Source: a virus (lineage: Duplodnaviria; Caudoviricetes). Taken from it: a stretch of DNA of 60,816 bases. The notes under the pieces were generated by a model, which was not told where the DNA came from, searched no databases, and saw only the letters and a program-made list of their open reading frames with translations. Location: positions 1 through 60,816 of the IMG/VR virus record IMGVR_UViG_3300049143_000034; one strand, given 5' to 3'. Within the stretch, counting starts at the first letter, position 1. Each line of letters begins with the position of its first letter. The position numbers were made by a program, and so were the translations under genes. Below, one piece after another: positions 7,867-18,500 of this stretch.

Positions 7867-9573
7867 TCAGTCGTGGTCCGCGACAACGGCGTCGGGACCT
7901 TCGGTGTCGAGCAGTGCGACGGTGTCGCGCTTGCCGGGCCAGACGATCTGGCCGTGCGCGAAGCGCTGCCGCATCTCCCCGCCGGGCAGTTCTTCCTCGT
8001 CGGCCACGGGCCAGCCGAACGCGCCGCCCTCGTGGCCCTCGCGGCCCCAGCGGTCGCGGATCGCGCCGTGCACCCAGACCGGCGGGTGATCGTCGCGGCG
8101 GTACAGCGCGCCGCCTTGGAAGCCTTGGACTTCGCCACCGTCGAGCTCGGTCAGGTCGGTCACCGGGTAGCCGAGTGCTCCCTGCTCCCAGCCGAGCTCG
8201 GAGTACTTGCCGAAAAGGCTGGCGGGGATAGCGTGGGCTCCGGTCGAAGGGTGCCAGTAAATGTGGCCGTTCTCGAACTCGGCGTACCTGCCGATGCCAT
8301 CCGGTGTGGCGTTCTCCCCGACCGTGCGGCGCGCGCCGAGCCACGGCGCGGCTGCGGCGACATCGTCGATCGCGTTCGGCGGCGGGCCCGCGGGCGCATC
8401 GGTGGCGAACTCCTGCACGTCCGCCGAGAAGACGTCCCACGGGAAGTTCGGGCCAACGTCGGTGTGAGTGCCAATGCCAAGGCAGTCGGTGACATACCGG
8501 TGGTCGGAGATGCCGCTGCGCCGCTCGTACGGCGGGGCGATCACATAGGGGTCGAAGCCGTACTTCTGCGCGTCCTGCACGGCCAGCCAGGCAGCGATCC
8601 GGATGTCGTCGCGGATCTGCATCCACTCGTCGCGACTCCAGCCTGCCCGGCTACCAGCGAAGCAGAGATTGATCGCGGACGGGTTCGCGTCCAGCACCGA
8701 CCAACTCGCGAGGTCGGTGTCAACCACGTCCACCACGACCCGGTTGCGCACGGTGTAGTGGTAACTCACGCCGTTATTCGGGTTGTTGAGGTAGTTGGCC
8801 AGGCTCTCCGCGGTGCCGTTGCCCTCCTGGGTGTGAAGCAGGAAGTTCCCGATGCGCGCCCCGTGACGGCTCGAGGCGGAATCGCCCATGCGGTCGATCT
8901 CCTGATACTCCGGTTTCGTCACCGTGACGATCCCCCTTAGAGGTGTTGGGCTCGCCGCCTTCGACCACTGACCGAAGTCCGGCTTGAGCGCGATGTTGAT
9001 GTCGACACCGATCCCGCCGACACGGCGTTTGTCGATCTCGATCTGATGGATATGGGCCGCGGCGTGGTCGAAGTTCAGCGAAGCGTCACCGGACCAGTTG
9101 TGCTGCCAGAACCAGGTAGCGACACCGTCCTCGAGCGCCCACTCGATGCAGCGGGCGTTGCCGTACATGCCGGTCCACTCCAGCCCGACCACCGATGCCC
9201 AGCCGCGCAGGAACGGTGCGATCAGCGTGTTCCATTGCTCCAACGTGGGATTCGCATCCACGGGGGCATAGATTGGCCGCTGGCCCGGTCCGCCAGCCGC
9301 GTGGTGATAGCGCAGCGCGATCTCGGCGTGCCGGGCGCCGCCGTCGTAGCCGCCGTACCAGTCGGAGGTCTCGTCTTTCCCGTACTGGTAGCAGGACACG
9401 ATCTCCAGCCCCGCAGAGCGCAGCCGGTCGCAATACTCGCGGGTTGCCGGTTTCGCCAGCATCCACTCCGCGCCCGGCCGACGATCCGACATGTACAGCA
9501 CCGCGCCGCCGTACCCAGCGTCCTTGATGGCCTGCGGTTCGATCAAGCCGGCGGAGAAGTCGAGCAGTTTCAC
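7867..9573 (-). CDS. Endolysin (lysin A): DUF1906/GH25-like domain, Amidase_2 and LGFP repeats
   Basis: LLDFS...YMSDRRPG...PIYAPVD; LLHTQEG...SYHY...HTDVG amidase; FENGHIYW and LGYPVTD repeats; alternative start 9582. Confidence 0.92.
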   Translation of the reverse strand: MKLLDFSAGLIEPQAIKDAGYGGAVLYMSDRRPGAEWMLAKPATREYCDRLRSAGLEIVSCYQYGKDETSDWYGGYDGGARHAEIALRYHHAAGGPGQRPIYAPVDANPTLEQWNTLIAPFLRGWASVVGLEWTGMYGNARCIEWALEDGVATWFWQHNWSGDASLNFDHAAAHIHQIEIDKRRVGGIGVDINIALKPDFGQWSKAASPTPLRGIVTVTKPEYQEIDRMGDSASSRHGARIGNFLLHTQEGNGTAESLANYLNNPNNGVSYHYTVRNRVVVDVVDTDLASWSVLDANPSAINLCFAGSRAGWSRDEWMQIRDDIRIAAWLAVQDAQKYGFDPYVIAPPYERRSGISDHRYVTDCLGIGTHTDVGPNFPWDVFSADVQEFATDAPAGPPPNAIDDVAAAAPWLGARRTVGENATPDGIGRYAEFENGHIYWHPSTGAHAIPASLFGKYSELGWEQGALGYPVTDLTELDGGEVQGFQGGALYRRDDHPPVWVHGAIRDRWGREGHEGGAFGWPVADEEELPGGEMRQRFAHGQIVWPGKRDTVALLDTEGPDAVVADHD

Positions 9574-9653
9574 CGCGGCCACCGCGCCAGCTGCAATGCC
9601 AGCGAAGCGACCGCGACGATCAGGATGATCAGAGTCATGGTGTCGTGGTTCAT
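9570..9653 (-). CDS. 27-aa single-TM peptide upstream of the lysin
   Basis: MNHDTMTLIILIVAVASLALQLARWPR*; AAGGA RBS; GTGA overlap with the lysin. Confidence 0.55.
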   Translation of the reverse strand: MNHDTMTLIILIVAVASLALQLARWPR

Positions 9654-9661
9654 GGCCGTCC

Positions 9662-10705
9662 TTACTGGAATAGAGGCATGGCGTACACGGTCAGGAATGC
9701 GATGTCCGAGACCGTTGAATAGTTGGCGGTGCCGAACACTCGGACCACGCGCACATAGAAGGTGCTGGTCTGACCTGCTGCCACCGTCGCGACGGTGGTC
9801 GTGGCCGGGGAAAGAGTCGACTCGAACTTCGGTATGAGCCTCGTCCAGATGTAGTTGGCCGACGAGAATCCCCTGCCGTAGGCGACGATCGGACCGTCTT
9901 CGGCGCCGGACCGCACCTCGATGTCGATTCGCGAGTCGCCCACCGTCTGGGTGTGGATCTGCATGGGCACGCGGCCGATGGCGTAGGGCCGCCACGCGAA
10001 TGGCTGCGCCGGCACGGTCATCGACGCGATCGTCTTCGGCGCGTCAGACGAGTTGGACGCCGCGGCGAACCGGTTGCCGGCCACGGTCCACGGACCCCTC
10101 CAAGTCGGACTGGGCGCGGGCACGAACTTGCTGAGCGTCGAGTTCCATTGCAGCACCATGTTGTCGCCGAGTGCCTGCGTGGAAGTATCCACATCGGAGG
10201 CGTCTTGGATTCGGCCGGCCACACCCGGGTCACCCGTAGCGCCGGTCGCACCGCGGGGCACAGTGATCGTAAGTATCTGATTCGGGGAGGTTCCGGTCAG
10301 TGTGGCCGACGCCGAGGACCCTGCCGCGCCGGTGACAGCCACGCCGGTCAGGACATTCGGCGGCCCTTGATGCCCAGTGCCCTGGAAGGCGTCCTCGAAC
10401 GGAATCCAGATCCTTCCGTCCCACAACCGGAGTTCGTTGATGTCGGCGACCCACCACGCTTTGCCTTTGTCGGCATGGGTGACCGTGATGGCCGACAGCG
10501 CAGCGAGGTCCGCGACGCGACCCATGAACACGAACCCATAGGACGGATCGCCCTGTGGGCCCTGCACACCTTTCGGGCCGGAGCGGATCTCGAGACGCCC
10601 CGCGTCGTCGTAGATCTCCAACGAATCGACCGTGCGGGGAAGGGTCTCGTCCTCAACGATGCCGACCATGTCGATCTGGACGTCGCGGTCATAGATGATG
10701 CTCAT
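9662..10705 (-). CDS. Minor tail protein with collagen-like GXY stretches (paralog 3)
   Basis: GPKGVQGPQGD, PAQPFAWRP; ATGA overlap. Confidence 0.85.
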   Translation of the reverse strand: MSIIYDRDVQIDMVGIVEDETLPRTVDSLEIYDDAGRLEIRSGPKGVQGPQGDPSYGFVFMGRVADLAALSAITVTHADKGKAWWVADINELRLWDGRIWIPFEDAFQGTGHQGPPNVLTGVAVTGAAGSSASATLTGTSPNQILTITVPRGATGATGDPGVAGRIQDASDVDTSTQALGDNMVLQWNSTLSKFVPAPSPTWRGPWTVAGNRFAAASNSSDAPKTIASMTVPAQPFAWRPYAIGRVPMQIHTQTVGDSRIDIEVRSGAEDGPIVAYGRGFSSANYIWTRLIPKFESTLSPATTTVATVAAGQTSTFYVRVVRVFGTANYSTVSDIAFLTVYAMPLFQ

Positions 10706-11772
10706 GGCGCCTCCACCGGGTGGGCCCATACCGTGATGTTCGCGCCCGCGCGTCGGTAGCTGTAGTTCCCCGTGCCGAGGTTGCGGCGGATGACGACGTA
10801 CAGCGTTGTAGCGGTGCTGGCGGGGATGGTGCCCGTAGTCGATCCCGCGGTGAACGTCGAGGCGAAGAACGGCCTCAAATGCGCGAACCACTCGATGTAC
10901 ACGGCGCTACCGACACCGCGGGCGACGATCTCGCCGGCGGCGGAACCGATGCGCACCTCGAGGTCCACCCGCGTGGACCAGTCCGTCGGTACCGAGTAGA
11001 TCGTGGCGCCGCCCTGGATGTACGGCCGCCACCGAATGGGCAAGGCCGGAATGTTGATGGTGGCGATCGTGTTCGGGTTCGTGGAGACGTTGGTCAGGTC
11101 AGCGACGAACCCGGAGGACGGGTTGTCCCAGCTCTGCGCCTCGAGCACAGACCACGGGCCGCGGAATCCGGGCCATTCCGTCGGCGTCCACTTGCTCGTG
11201 GAGGTGTTCCACAGCGGGATCATGCCGTTGGTGTGCGTGATGTTGTCGTAGTCCGTCGAGTTCCGGATCGGACCCGGCGGGCCCGTCAGCCCCTTCTGCC
11301 CTGTGCCGCCGCGAGGGACGGTCAGATTCAGTGTCTGCGACGGAGGGGTGCCGGTGATCGACACGACCAGCGGGGAACCGACGGCGCCGGTGGTTACGGT
11401 GCCGATGGAGAGGGTGTTGACCTGTCCGGTTTTCCCGAGCCCACCGAACGCATCGACGAATTGGGTGAACTTCGTTCCGGTCCAGAACATCACGCTGTTG
11501 TCCGACAGCACACGGAAGGTGAACCCGAACATCGCCGGATTCAGCAGCGGGATCAGCGCATCCAGGGCCGCCCGGTCGGCGACGTCCCCCTGCCAGCGGA
11601 ACGGGGTGCCGGGTTCGCCCTGCGGGCCGTCCGGACCGACAGCACCCTGAAGGTTCTCATAGCTACCGTCAGCGGGCGTGCCTTCGAGGGAGGTGACGAT
11701 GCCCGCGTTGCCGATGCCTTCGTTGATGCCCTGGAACTGCGTGCCGTCGAAGTAGTCCCCTACCGTCGTCAT
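10702..11772 (-). CDS. Minor tail protein with collagen-like GXY stretches (paralog 2)
   Basis: GPDGPQGEPG, PALPIRWRP. Confidence 0.85.
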   Translation of the reverse strand: MTTVGDYFDGTQFQGINEGIGNAGIVTSLEGTPADGSYENLQGAVGPDGPQGEPGTPFRWQGDVADRAALDALIPLLNPAMFGFTFRVLSDNSVMFWTGTKFTQFVDAFGGLGKTGQVNTLSIGTVTTGAVGSPLVVSITGTPPSQTLNLTVPRGGTGQKGLTGPPGPIRNSTDYDNITHTNGMIPLWNTSTSKWTPTEWPGFRGPWSVLEAQSWDNPSSGFVADLTNVSTNPNTIATINIPALPIRWRPYIQGGATIYSVPTDWSTRVDLEVRIGSAAGEIVARGVGSAVYIEWFAHLRPFFASTFTAGSTTGTIPASTATTLYVVIRRNLGTGNYSYRRAGANITVWAHPVEAP

Positions 11773-12830
11773 CAGAGGCTCACTGGCATGGCGTAGACGG
11801 TCAAAGCGGCTCCAGACTGCCGGTATCCGATCGTTCCGCTGGTGGAGCCCTGGCGCTCAACCATCACGACGATCTGGCTCGCGTAGTTCGCGGGGACCAC
11901 GGCGTAGTCACTGGACGGGGACATGCCCACGGAGTTCGGATTGCCGTAGTGCTCGGTGATTTCCACCATGTCCCAAAACGTCTGCCAGGGGTTCGCGCCG
12001 ATGCCGAGGGCCACACCGGTTTCGGAGTAGAGGCGGGGGAAGACGAACGCATGGCACTGGCCGGAGTTGTCGTTGTACAGCTGGATCGCCCCGTGCACCT
12101 TCGGCCGCCACGCGAATGGCAACGCGGGCATCGACGCGGTGAGCACCTTGTACGAGGAGACGGCGCCGGATGCGTCCGCGGCGAACGCGGTGTCCGCCCA
12201 ATGCCACGGCCCGTACCCACACGGCGGCGGGGTCGGAGCGAAGCGCCTGGTGGTCCGCTTGTAGGCGAACATACTGCGCTTCACCGGGCCCTGGGTGGAG
12301 TCGTAGTCCGGTGAGGTGGTGATGGTCCCGCTTGAACCAGGTGCGCCGGTCGCGCCGCGAGCGCCCGCGGGGACGGTCAGCTGGATCGTCTGCTCGCTGG
12401 AGTTGACCGGCTTGATATCCACGCCCGCGGTGGTGATGGTCTCGTCGGCCACCACATCCAGCGCGGTGAGGGTGTTCGCTGGGGCGACGGGGCCTTGCGG
12501 GCCGACGGAGTTCGCGCCGAGGTTGACCCAGGTGGTGCCGTTCCAGAAGTCCATACTGTCGTTGTCGAGCCGGTGCCACCACTTCCCGCGGTCGGTCGCG
12601 GTCAATCCACCCGGCCGCGCCCCGACGTTGGCGATCTCGCCCATCTTGATGAACGGCGGCTGTGGCTCGCCAGGGATGCCCTGATCTCCCTCGGGGCCTT
12701 CCGGCAGCTCCAGCGCGGCAGAAGTGGCAGACAGGGTGAACGCGGCGGTGAGGACGGGGAGCCCGTCGAGGTCTGCCTCCTCGGTGATGGTGACGTGGGC
12801 TGGGAAGCTGACGTCGGGCAATGGCTTCAC
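11772..12830 (-). CDS. Minor tail protein with collagen-like GXY stretches (paralog 1)
   Basis: GPEGDQGIPGE, PALPFAWRP. Confidence 0.85.
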   Translation of the reverse strand: MKPLPDVSFPAHVTITEEADLDGLPVLTAAFTLSATSAALELPEGPEGDQGIPGEPQPPFIKMGEIANVGARPGGLTATDRGKWWHRLDNDSMDFWNGTTWVNLGANSVGPQGPVAPANTLTALDVVADETITTAGVDIKPVNSSEQTIQLTVPAGARGATGAPGSSGTITTSPDYDSTQGPVKRSMFAYKRTTRRFAPTPPPCGYGPWHWADTAFAADASGAVSSYKVLTASMPALPFAWRPKVHGAIQLYNDNSGQCHAFVFPRLYSETGVALGIGANPWQTFWDMVEITEHYGNPNSVGMSPSSDYAVVPANYASQIVVMVERQGSTSGTIGYRQSGAALTVYAMPVSL

Positions 12831-12850
12831 CTCCGAAAGTCGTTAGCCAA

Positions 12851-14494
12851 TCAAAAGATGATGAGATCGAGGTCTGCGCCGACATCCATGAAGACCTGCT
12901 TCAGCGCCCCGGCGACCTGCCCCATGCGGGACCATGCCTTGACGAGGGAGTCCTCCTCGTCGGCGCCGTCGCCGATGGTGATCTCCCACCGGCCGGGCGT
13001 CTGCCGGTCATCGGTGAACGTGGCCTCGGTGACGTAGTCGACGAAGATGAGTTCGCCGACCTTGAAACCGATTTGGTCGCCGATCCAGAAGTCCGCGTTG
13101 GGGCCCAAAATGTAGGGCGCGTTGTCGTGGACGGTGACGCGATGGGAGGTGTAGCCGCGGGTCGCGTGCAGACCGTGCTTGCCCGCCATCAGCCCGTCGA
13201 TGGTGAACGCCTTGTCACTACCGGTGACGAAGTGCTCGCGGAAGGCGTACGGACCGGCCCTCTGAATGCGGCCCTGGTCGGAGTACTCGGCGAACGCCAA
13301 GAAGACGTCGTCCAACTGGCCCATGTACAGCGCATCGAGACCCGGCAGGCCAATGAGCAGGCCGAGCCATGCCAACGCATTCTTGATGGCGAACGAGATC
13401 GATGCGTTCACCCAGCCGGGCGACCGGCCGCCGACCAGCACATGGGTGGCGAGGGGTTTGTGGACGCTGATGTCGCTGGCGCCGAGCCCGGAGTACTCGC
13501 CGTCCATGTACCAGATCCACGGGAAGTATCGCTTGTTCCCGAACGGTGTTGTGCTGTACGCCTGCTCGTAGTGGCCGGAGACGGAGTAGTCCGGGTACCG
13601 GATCGGCGTGGTGCCGTCGTCGAAGAAGTCCTCGAAGAACCGCGTGATGCCGTCCAGTAGGGTGCCGGTCGCGCCCACCACTCCGGACTTGTCCTCGGTG
13701 GTGATGAACACGGTCGGCCGGTCGAGGTAGAACCAGTCCGGGTCCGGCTGCTCGTCATCCGCGTCAGGTAGGTAGAACTGCGCGGTGGCCTGAACGCCGT
13801 TGTCCTGGAACAGCGGCAGAAACACCTGGTCGGCGTGCTCGAACCGAACCGAGATCCCACCGAACGGTGAGGTGTCGGTCAGGGCGTTGATTCCGCCGAT
13901 CGCGATCGGCCACGCGATGCTGCCGACCTCAGCCCAATCCGGCGCGCCGGTCCACTGATCGGCGGACATGAAGCCCTGGCGGCGGAGGATGTTCGCCAGC
14001 ATCGTGAAGTGGAACATGGTGCGGACGCCGGCGAACATGAACCAGTGCCGCGGCCACTGCGCCAGCAGCGGAGCGAACGGCGAGGCCCAGCACACCGTGG
14101 TGGCGATGTGGTTCCAGCAGTGGATGGCCTCGATCTCGATGGTCTTCATGCCGTGGTCGTCGACCACTTCGGCAGCGCGGGTGACGAACCCGTCCCAGCG
14201 TTGCCCCTTGGTCTCGACCGTGATGGGAATGGTGGCGTCTTCGCCGTCGGGGTTCTGGAAGAAGTGCGACCAGTGCACCATGTCCGGTGCGACGGTCATC
14301 TTCAGCCCGCCCGCAGAGTTCCGGACGTGAGAGAAGGTGAGCGAGATGTATCGGCCTTCCTCGCCGACCTCCGTCATCCACTTGTCGTAGTAGCGGACCG
14401 TCGCGTCCGGATCTCGCCAGTCGTCTTGCTCCTGCTTGCGCAGGGCGTCCATCCGCCGGACCTCGGTGTGCCCATCCCACGGAGGCGCTGTCAC
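12851..14494 (-). CDS. Minor tail protein (baseplate hub, gp37-like)
   Basis: 547 aa after the distal tail gene; GGRSPGWVN, DDVFLAF and DFWIGDQIGF motifs. Confidence 0.85.
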   Translation of the reverse strand: MTAPPWDGHTEVRRMDALRKQEQDDWRDPDATVRYYDKWMTEVGEEGRYISLTFSHVRNSAGGLKMTVAPDMVHWSHFFQNPDGEDATIPITVETKGQRWDGFVTRAAEVVDDHGMKTIEIEAIHCWNHIATTVCWASPFAPLLAQWPRHWFMFAGVRTMFHFTMLANILRRQGFMSADQWTGAPDWAEVGSIAWPIAIGGINALTDTSPFGGISVRFEHADQVFLPLFQDNGVQATAQFYLPDADDEQPDPDWFYLDRPTVFITTEDKSGVVGATGTLLDGITRFFEDFFDDGTTPIRYPDYSVSGHYEQAYSTTPFGNKRYFPWIWYMDGEYSGLGASDISVHKPLATHVLVGGRSPGWVNASISFAIKNALAWLGLLIGLPGLDALYMGQLDDVFLAFAEYSDQGRIQRAGPYAFREHFVTGSDKAFTIDGLMAGKHGLHATRGYTSHRVTVHDNAPYILGPNADFWIGDQIGFKVGELIFVDYVTEATFTDDRQTPGRWEITIGDGADEEDSLVKAWSRMGQVAGALKQVFMDVGADLDLIIF

Positions 14495-15390
14495 AAGGGC
14501 CTCGCGTTCTTCGGGACCAGGCTGCCCACGACTTGGGAGGTCAGGTCGCCGCCCTCGACGGTCACCGCGACCTCAGTCGAACCCCATGCAGGGATTGGGT
14601 TGAGGATGCGGCGGCCCGCCATCTGACCCCACACGTTGCGCAGATAGACGCCGGAAGCGTTGTAGACCCGCGCAGTGCGGTTACGGGGGTGCACGTCGAG
14701 TTGCAGTGTTTCGCCCTCGGCGAGCAGCGGCGCGACCAGCATCCGCACCTCCCCCTCGGGGTCAGCGGCAGGGTCGAAGTCCTGGATGCTGTACCGGCCG
14801 GGGCCTTTGCAGGTATAGCGCGGCCACCCCGGTTCGGAGGCGTCGTTGCGCATCCGCAGCACACCCTGATTGGTGCCGGCGGTGTTGACCCAGCTCACTT
14901 CCCGCTCCAGCGACGCCCAGAACGGGTCGAACCCCACCGCAGAGGTGGTGTAGACCTCGTTCAGGTTGAGTGCCGGATCGAGCCCGTTGCCGGGCTCGGG
15001 AGCATCGCCGAGGTACAGGGGTGTCTTGCGCCAGCCCTTGCCCCTGGTCCACGCGCACCAGTGACCGGGTGTCCTCCGAGACCAGCCCCGCCACCACAGG
15101 TCATGCACCATCTGCCAGTGCCGCATGTCGGTGATCTGCAGGCCGACGCGGTTGCCGATGGAGACGTTGAAGTCCATCTCCCGCTTCGACACGACAGCGC
15201 GGCGGTAGGTGGCCCCGTCCTGCCGGGCTCCCTCGTCGAACAGCAGCTCATGTGGGGGGAACATCCAGCCCTTCGGCTCCGCGAGCATGATGACGCCCTC
15301 AGCGCCCGCACCCGGGCCGGCGAGATGCCAGGCCAGACGGTTGATGTCGACCCACACGATCTTCGTGCGGGTGTCGAGCAGCGGGTTCAC
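14491..15390 (-). CDS. Distal tail protein (minor tail)
   Basis: WHLAGPGAGAEGV, ARQDGATY; position after the tape measure gene. Confidence 0.85.
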   Translation of the reverse strand: MNPLLDTRTKIVWVDINRLAWHLAGPGAGAEGVIMLAEPKGWMFPPHELLFDEGARQDGATYRRAVVSKREMDFNVSIGNRVGLQITDMRHWQMVHDLWWRGWSRRTPGHWCAWTRGKGWRKTPLYLGDAPEPGNGLDPALNLNEVYTTSAVGFDPFWASLEREVSWVNTAGTNQGVLRMRNDASEPGWPRYTCKGPGRYSIQDFDPAADPEGEVRMLVAPLLAEGETLQLDVHPRNRTARVYNASGVYLRNVWGQMAGRRILNPIPAWGSTEVAVTVEGGDLTSQVVGSLVPKNARPL

Positions 15391-15596
15391 CGGCGACGCT
15401 CCATCGCCAGCGTGGTGACCGCCGTAGCGACAACATCCTCATCGAGGCCGCAGAGGCGCAGTCCCGCAGCGAGATCGGCGGTGCGGGCTGCGAGGGTCTT
15501 CCGCGGTGCGGTCAGCTCCTCCTGGAACACCTCGAACGCCGCGGTCAACTCCTCACCGTCGAATCCGATTGCGGCGGAGAACTCCTTGAGGGTCAC
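15387..15596 (-). CDS. 69-aa hypothetical protein between the tape measure and distal tail genes
   Basis: GTGA overlaps at both ends. Confidence 0.65.
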   Translation of the reverse strand: MTLKEFSAAIGFDGEELTAAFEVFQEELTAPRKTLAARTADLAAGLRLCGLDEDVVATAVTTLAMERRR

Positions 15597-18500
15597 CGGC
15601 CGAAACCTCCTCCGCGTTGGTTCGCCAACGTGCGCCGACGCCACTGCCGTTCAGCAGCGGCGGCAGCGGAGTTGGGGTCCATGCCGTAGTTGTTGACGAC
15701 CTGCTGCGGGCCGCCCGCTCCCGCGCCCATGCCCGCCACCGCAAGACCGGTGTTGAGCATCTCTTTCCAGTTGTTCTGCAACAGGTCGACGAATCCTGTA
15801 CCGGTGCGCTGCGCCAGGCCCGCGGCTTGGGAGCCAAGGTTGGCGAGCGCCTGCTCCGGGGTGGCGGCGAGATACCAGGGCGCCGGGCCCTGGAAAAGGT
15901 CGCTGACGCCAGGGACCGGCAGGTTCGACAACGGGTGCGTACTGTCCGCACCCGCATTGGGGGTGACCGCGGACGATTGCGGCGCCGGGGGGAGGGTGTA
16001 GGTGCCATCCGGACCGAGCGGCGACGCGGGAGTCGTAGGTGCGGACTCCATGCCCGGGGTAGCGCCGACAAGCTGATCAGTCGCCGCGGGACCACCGAAC
16101 GACGGCGGCCAATTGGTCACAAGGACCGGTGTCGCGCCGGTGCTGTCCGACTGCCCCGAAGAACCGGGAGCACCCGAGCTGCTCGCACCCCCGGAAGCTC
16201 CGGAACCGCCTGCGCCGCCGCCGAGCTTGCCCGGTCGACCGCCCTTGGCAGCACCGTTACCAGTGGCCGGGCCGCCGAGGTCGCCGCCGCGCAGCAACTC
16301 CGGCGGGATGTACATGTGCTTGTCGAACATCTTGTGGTTGGCGCCCACCGGGCCGCCGATGACAACCCCGTCGGAGCCGTTGGACTCCACGTTGGTTCCG
16401 TCACCGAGCGTCAGCGCGGTGTGGCCGTTCGCGCCGCCACCACGATCGAACCAGCCGATGTTGATCGAACCCGACGGGCCGACACCAGGCTTCGCGCCCT
16501 TCGCCGCGAGCCAAGCGCCCTCGTTCACTGTCGACATGCGCCCGGAGAACGGATCCAGACCGAGTGCGTCGTTGACGACCGCAGCGACCAGGCCAGAACA
16601 GTCGATGGCCTGTCGCGAGAACCCGCCCATGAGGTACTTCGCCGGATCCATACTCTGGGCGAACTTCTTGCCCGGAACCTGGCCGCCCTCCCGGAACCCC
16701 GGCACGAGAGCGTGCAGGAAGTCTGCGGACGGAACCCAGCCGGCGTTGATCGCCTGCAGTAGGGGCAGGTTCGCGGCGGTGGACTTCGCGTTGACGATGT
16801 ACTCGCCGGTGGACGCGGCGATCAGCATGGAATCGCTGGTGCCGCTCCCGGGGCCGCGGAGCAGTCCGCCGGTGGCCATGTGCGCGTTGGCCCACGCGAC
16901 AAGGTTGTCGCCCGTTGTGGACACGCCCTCGCCGATGGTGATGTCGGTGCCGGGGATGTGAATCGTCGGCACCGACTGCAGGAGTTCACCGACCTGCTTC
17001 ACGGACCAGGCGATCGACCGGACGATGCCGTCCCATACGCCCTTCACGGTCTTGCCTAGATCGGTGAAGTACGCGGCCATTCCCTGAACCGCCAGACCGA
17101 TGACGTCCCTTGCTGTACGCACCACATCGCTGGCCGCATTGAACTGATCGGTCAGGTACTGCGACAGGCCCTTGATCGCTGGTATCAGGACGGGGGTGAT
17201 GACGTTGTTCGCCAGCCAGGTGAAGGCGTCGATGATCTTCGTGATCGCAGGCAGAAGTTCGATCAACAGATCGATCATCGGCGGCAGCACTTGCGCGATG
17301 AGTTCCGCCATCGGGGGCAGCAGCGGCACGATGGCGATCACGAGTTGCGAGAAGCTGTCCGCCAACTGCGGCAGCACCGGTGCAATCTGCTGGAGCGCGT
17401 CCGCCAGCGCGGTGCCGATCTTCATCGCCACATCGGCGAGGACAGGTTGGATCTGCCGGAACACCGGCATCATCAGATCCGCCCATTGCTTGATCACCGG
17501 ACCCAGTGCATCGAACACAGCGGTCAGCGCGGGCGCGAGCGCTTGGACCAGGCCGGACACCACCTCGGCGACCACCGGAAGAATCGGCGCGACCGCGGTC
17601 ACCAGGGACGCAAACGCTGTGCCCAGTGGGCCGATTGCGGGCGCCAGAGCGTCGATCGCCTGCACTAGCGCGTTACCCACGACCTGGGTGATCTGAGATA
17701 GGGGCCCGATAAGTGGGGTCAGCGCGGTCATCATGCTGCGCAGCAGGTCGCCGATCACCGGCAGCACGGGTTCAAGCCCAGTGGCGAGCGCGGAAATGAA
17801 CGCGGACAGGTCAGGCAGGATGCTGGTCAGGGTCTTGGTGAACGTCGCACCCAACTGGCCCAGCGACGGGCCCAGCGCGCCGAGCGACTCCCCCAGCGTC
17901 TTCAGGAACGGGCCGAGGGTCGGGCCTACGACGTTGCCCATCTCGATCAGACCCTGAATCAGCGGGTTCAACCCCTGGCCAAGGCCTTCCAAGGTGTCGC
18001 CGAACGACGAGATCAGCTCTGTCAGGCGCCCGTTCTGGAACGTGGTCGTGAATGCCTGCCCGATCTGGCCGAGCATCCCCCCGAACTGAGCACCGATTTT
18101 GTTCGCGACCGGCTCGGCGGCCTGCCCCAGTGACAGAAACCCGGTAGTTGCCTGCTGCAGACCTGGACCGAGGCCGTCGATGAGGCCCCTCGTACCGGCG
18201 AACGCCGCCCGGACACCTTCGAGGTTCTCCGGTGCGGCCCAGAACGCTGCGAACTGCTTGGTCAGTCCATTCATGCTGGCGGCGACGTCGACCATGCCCG
18301 CTTTCAAAGTGGGCAGGGCCGCGTGGGCGAGTTCGGTGATGCCCTTCGCGGAGTCGGCAAACAGGGCGTCCTGGGTGGCGTTCTTCAGGTCCTTCCACGC
18401 CGGCGCGAGATCGCGTGTCGCCAGGACGAACGCGCGCGCTTCAGGAGACAGCTTCGCCAGTTCCTGGGCGGCTTTGGTCTGAGCGGACGATGTACTCGTC

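Noticed and set aside
4705-12830. Diversity-generating retroelement or invertible tail-fibre switch
   Set aside because: No reverse transcriptase, no TR/VR pair, and no invertase with flanking inverted repeats was seen.
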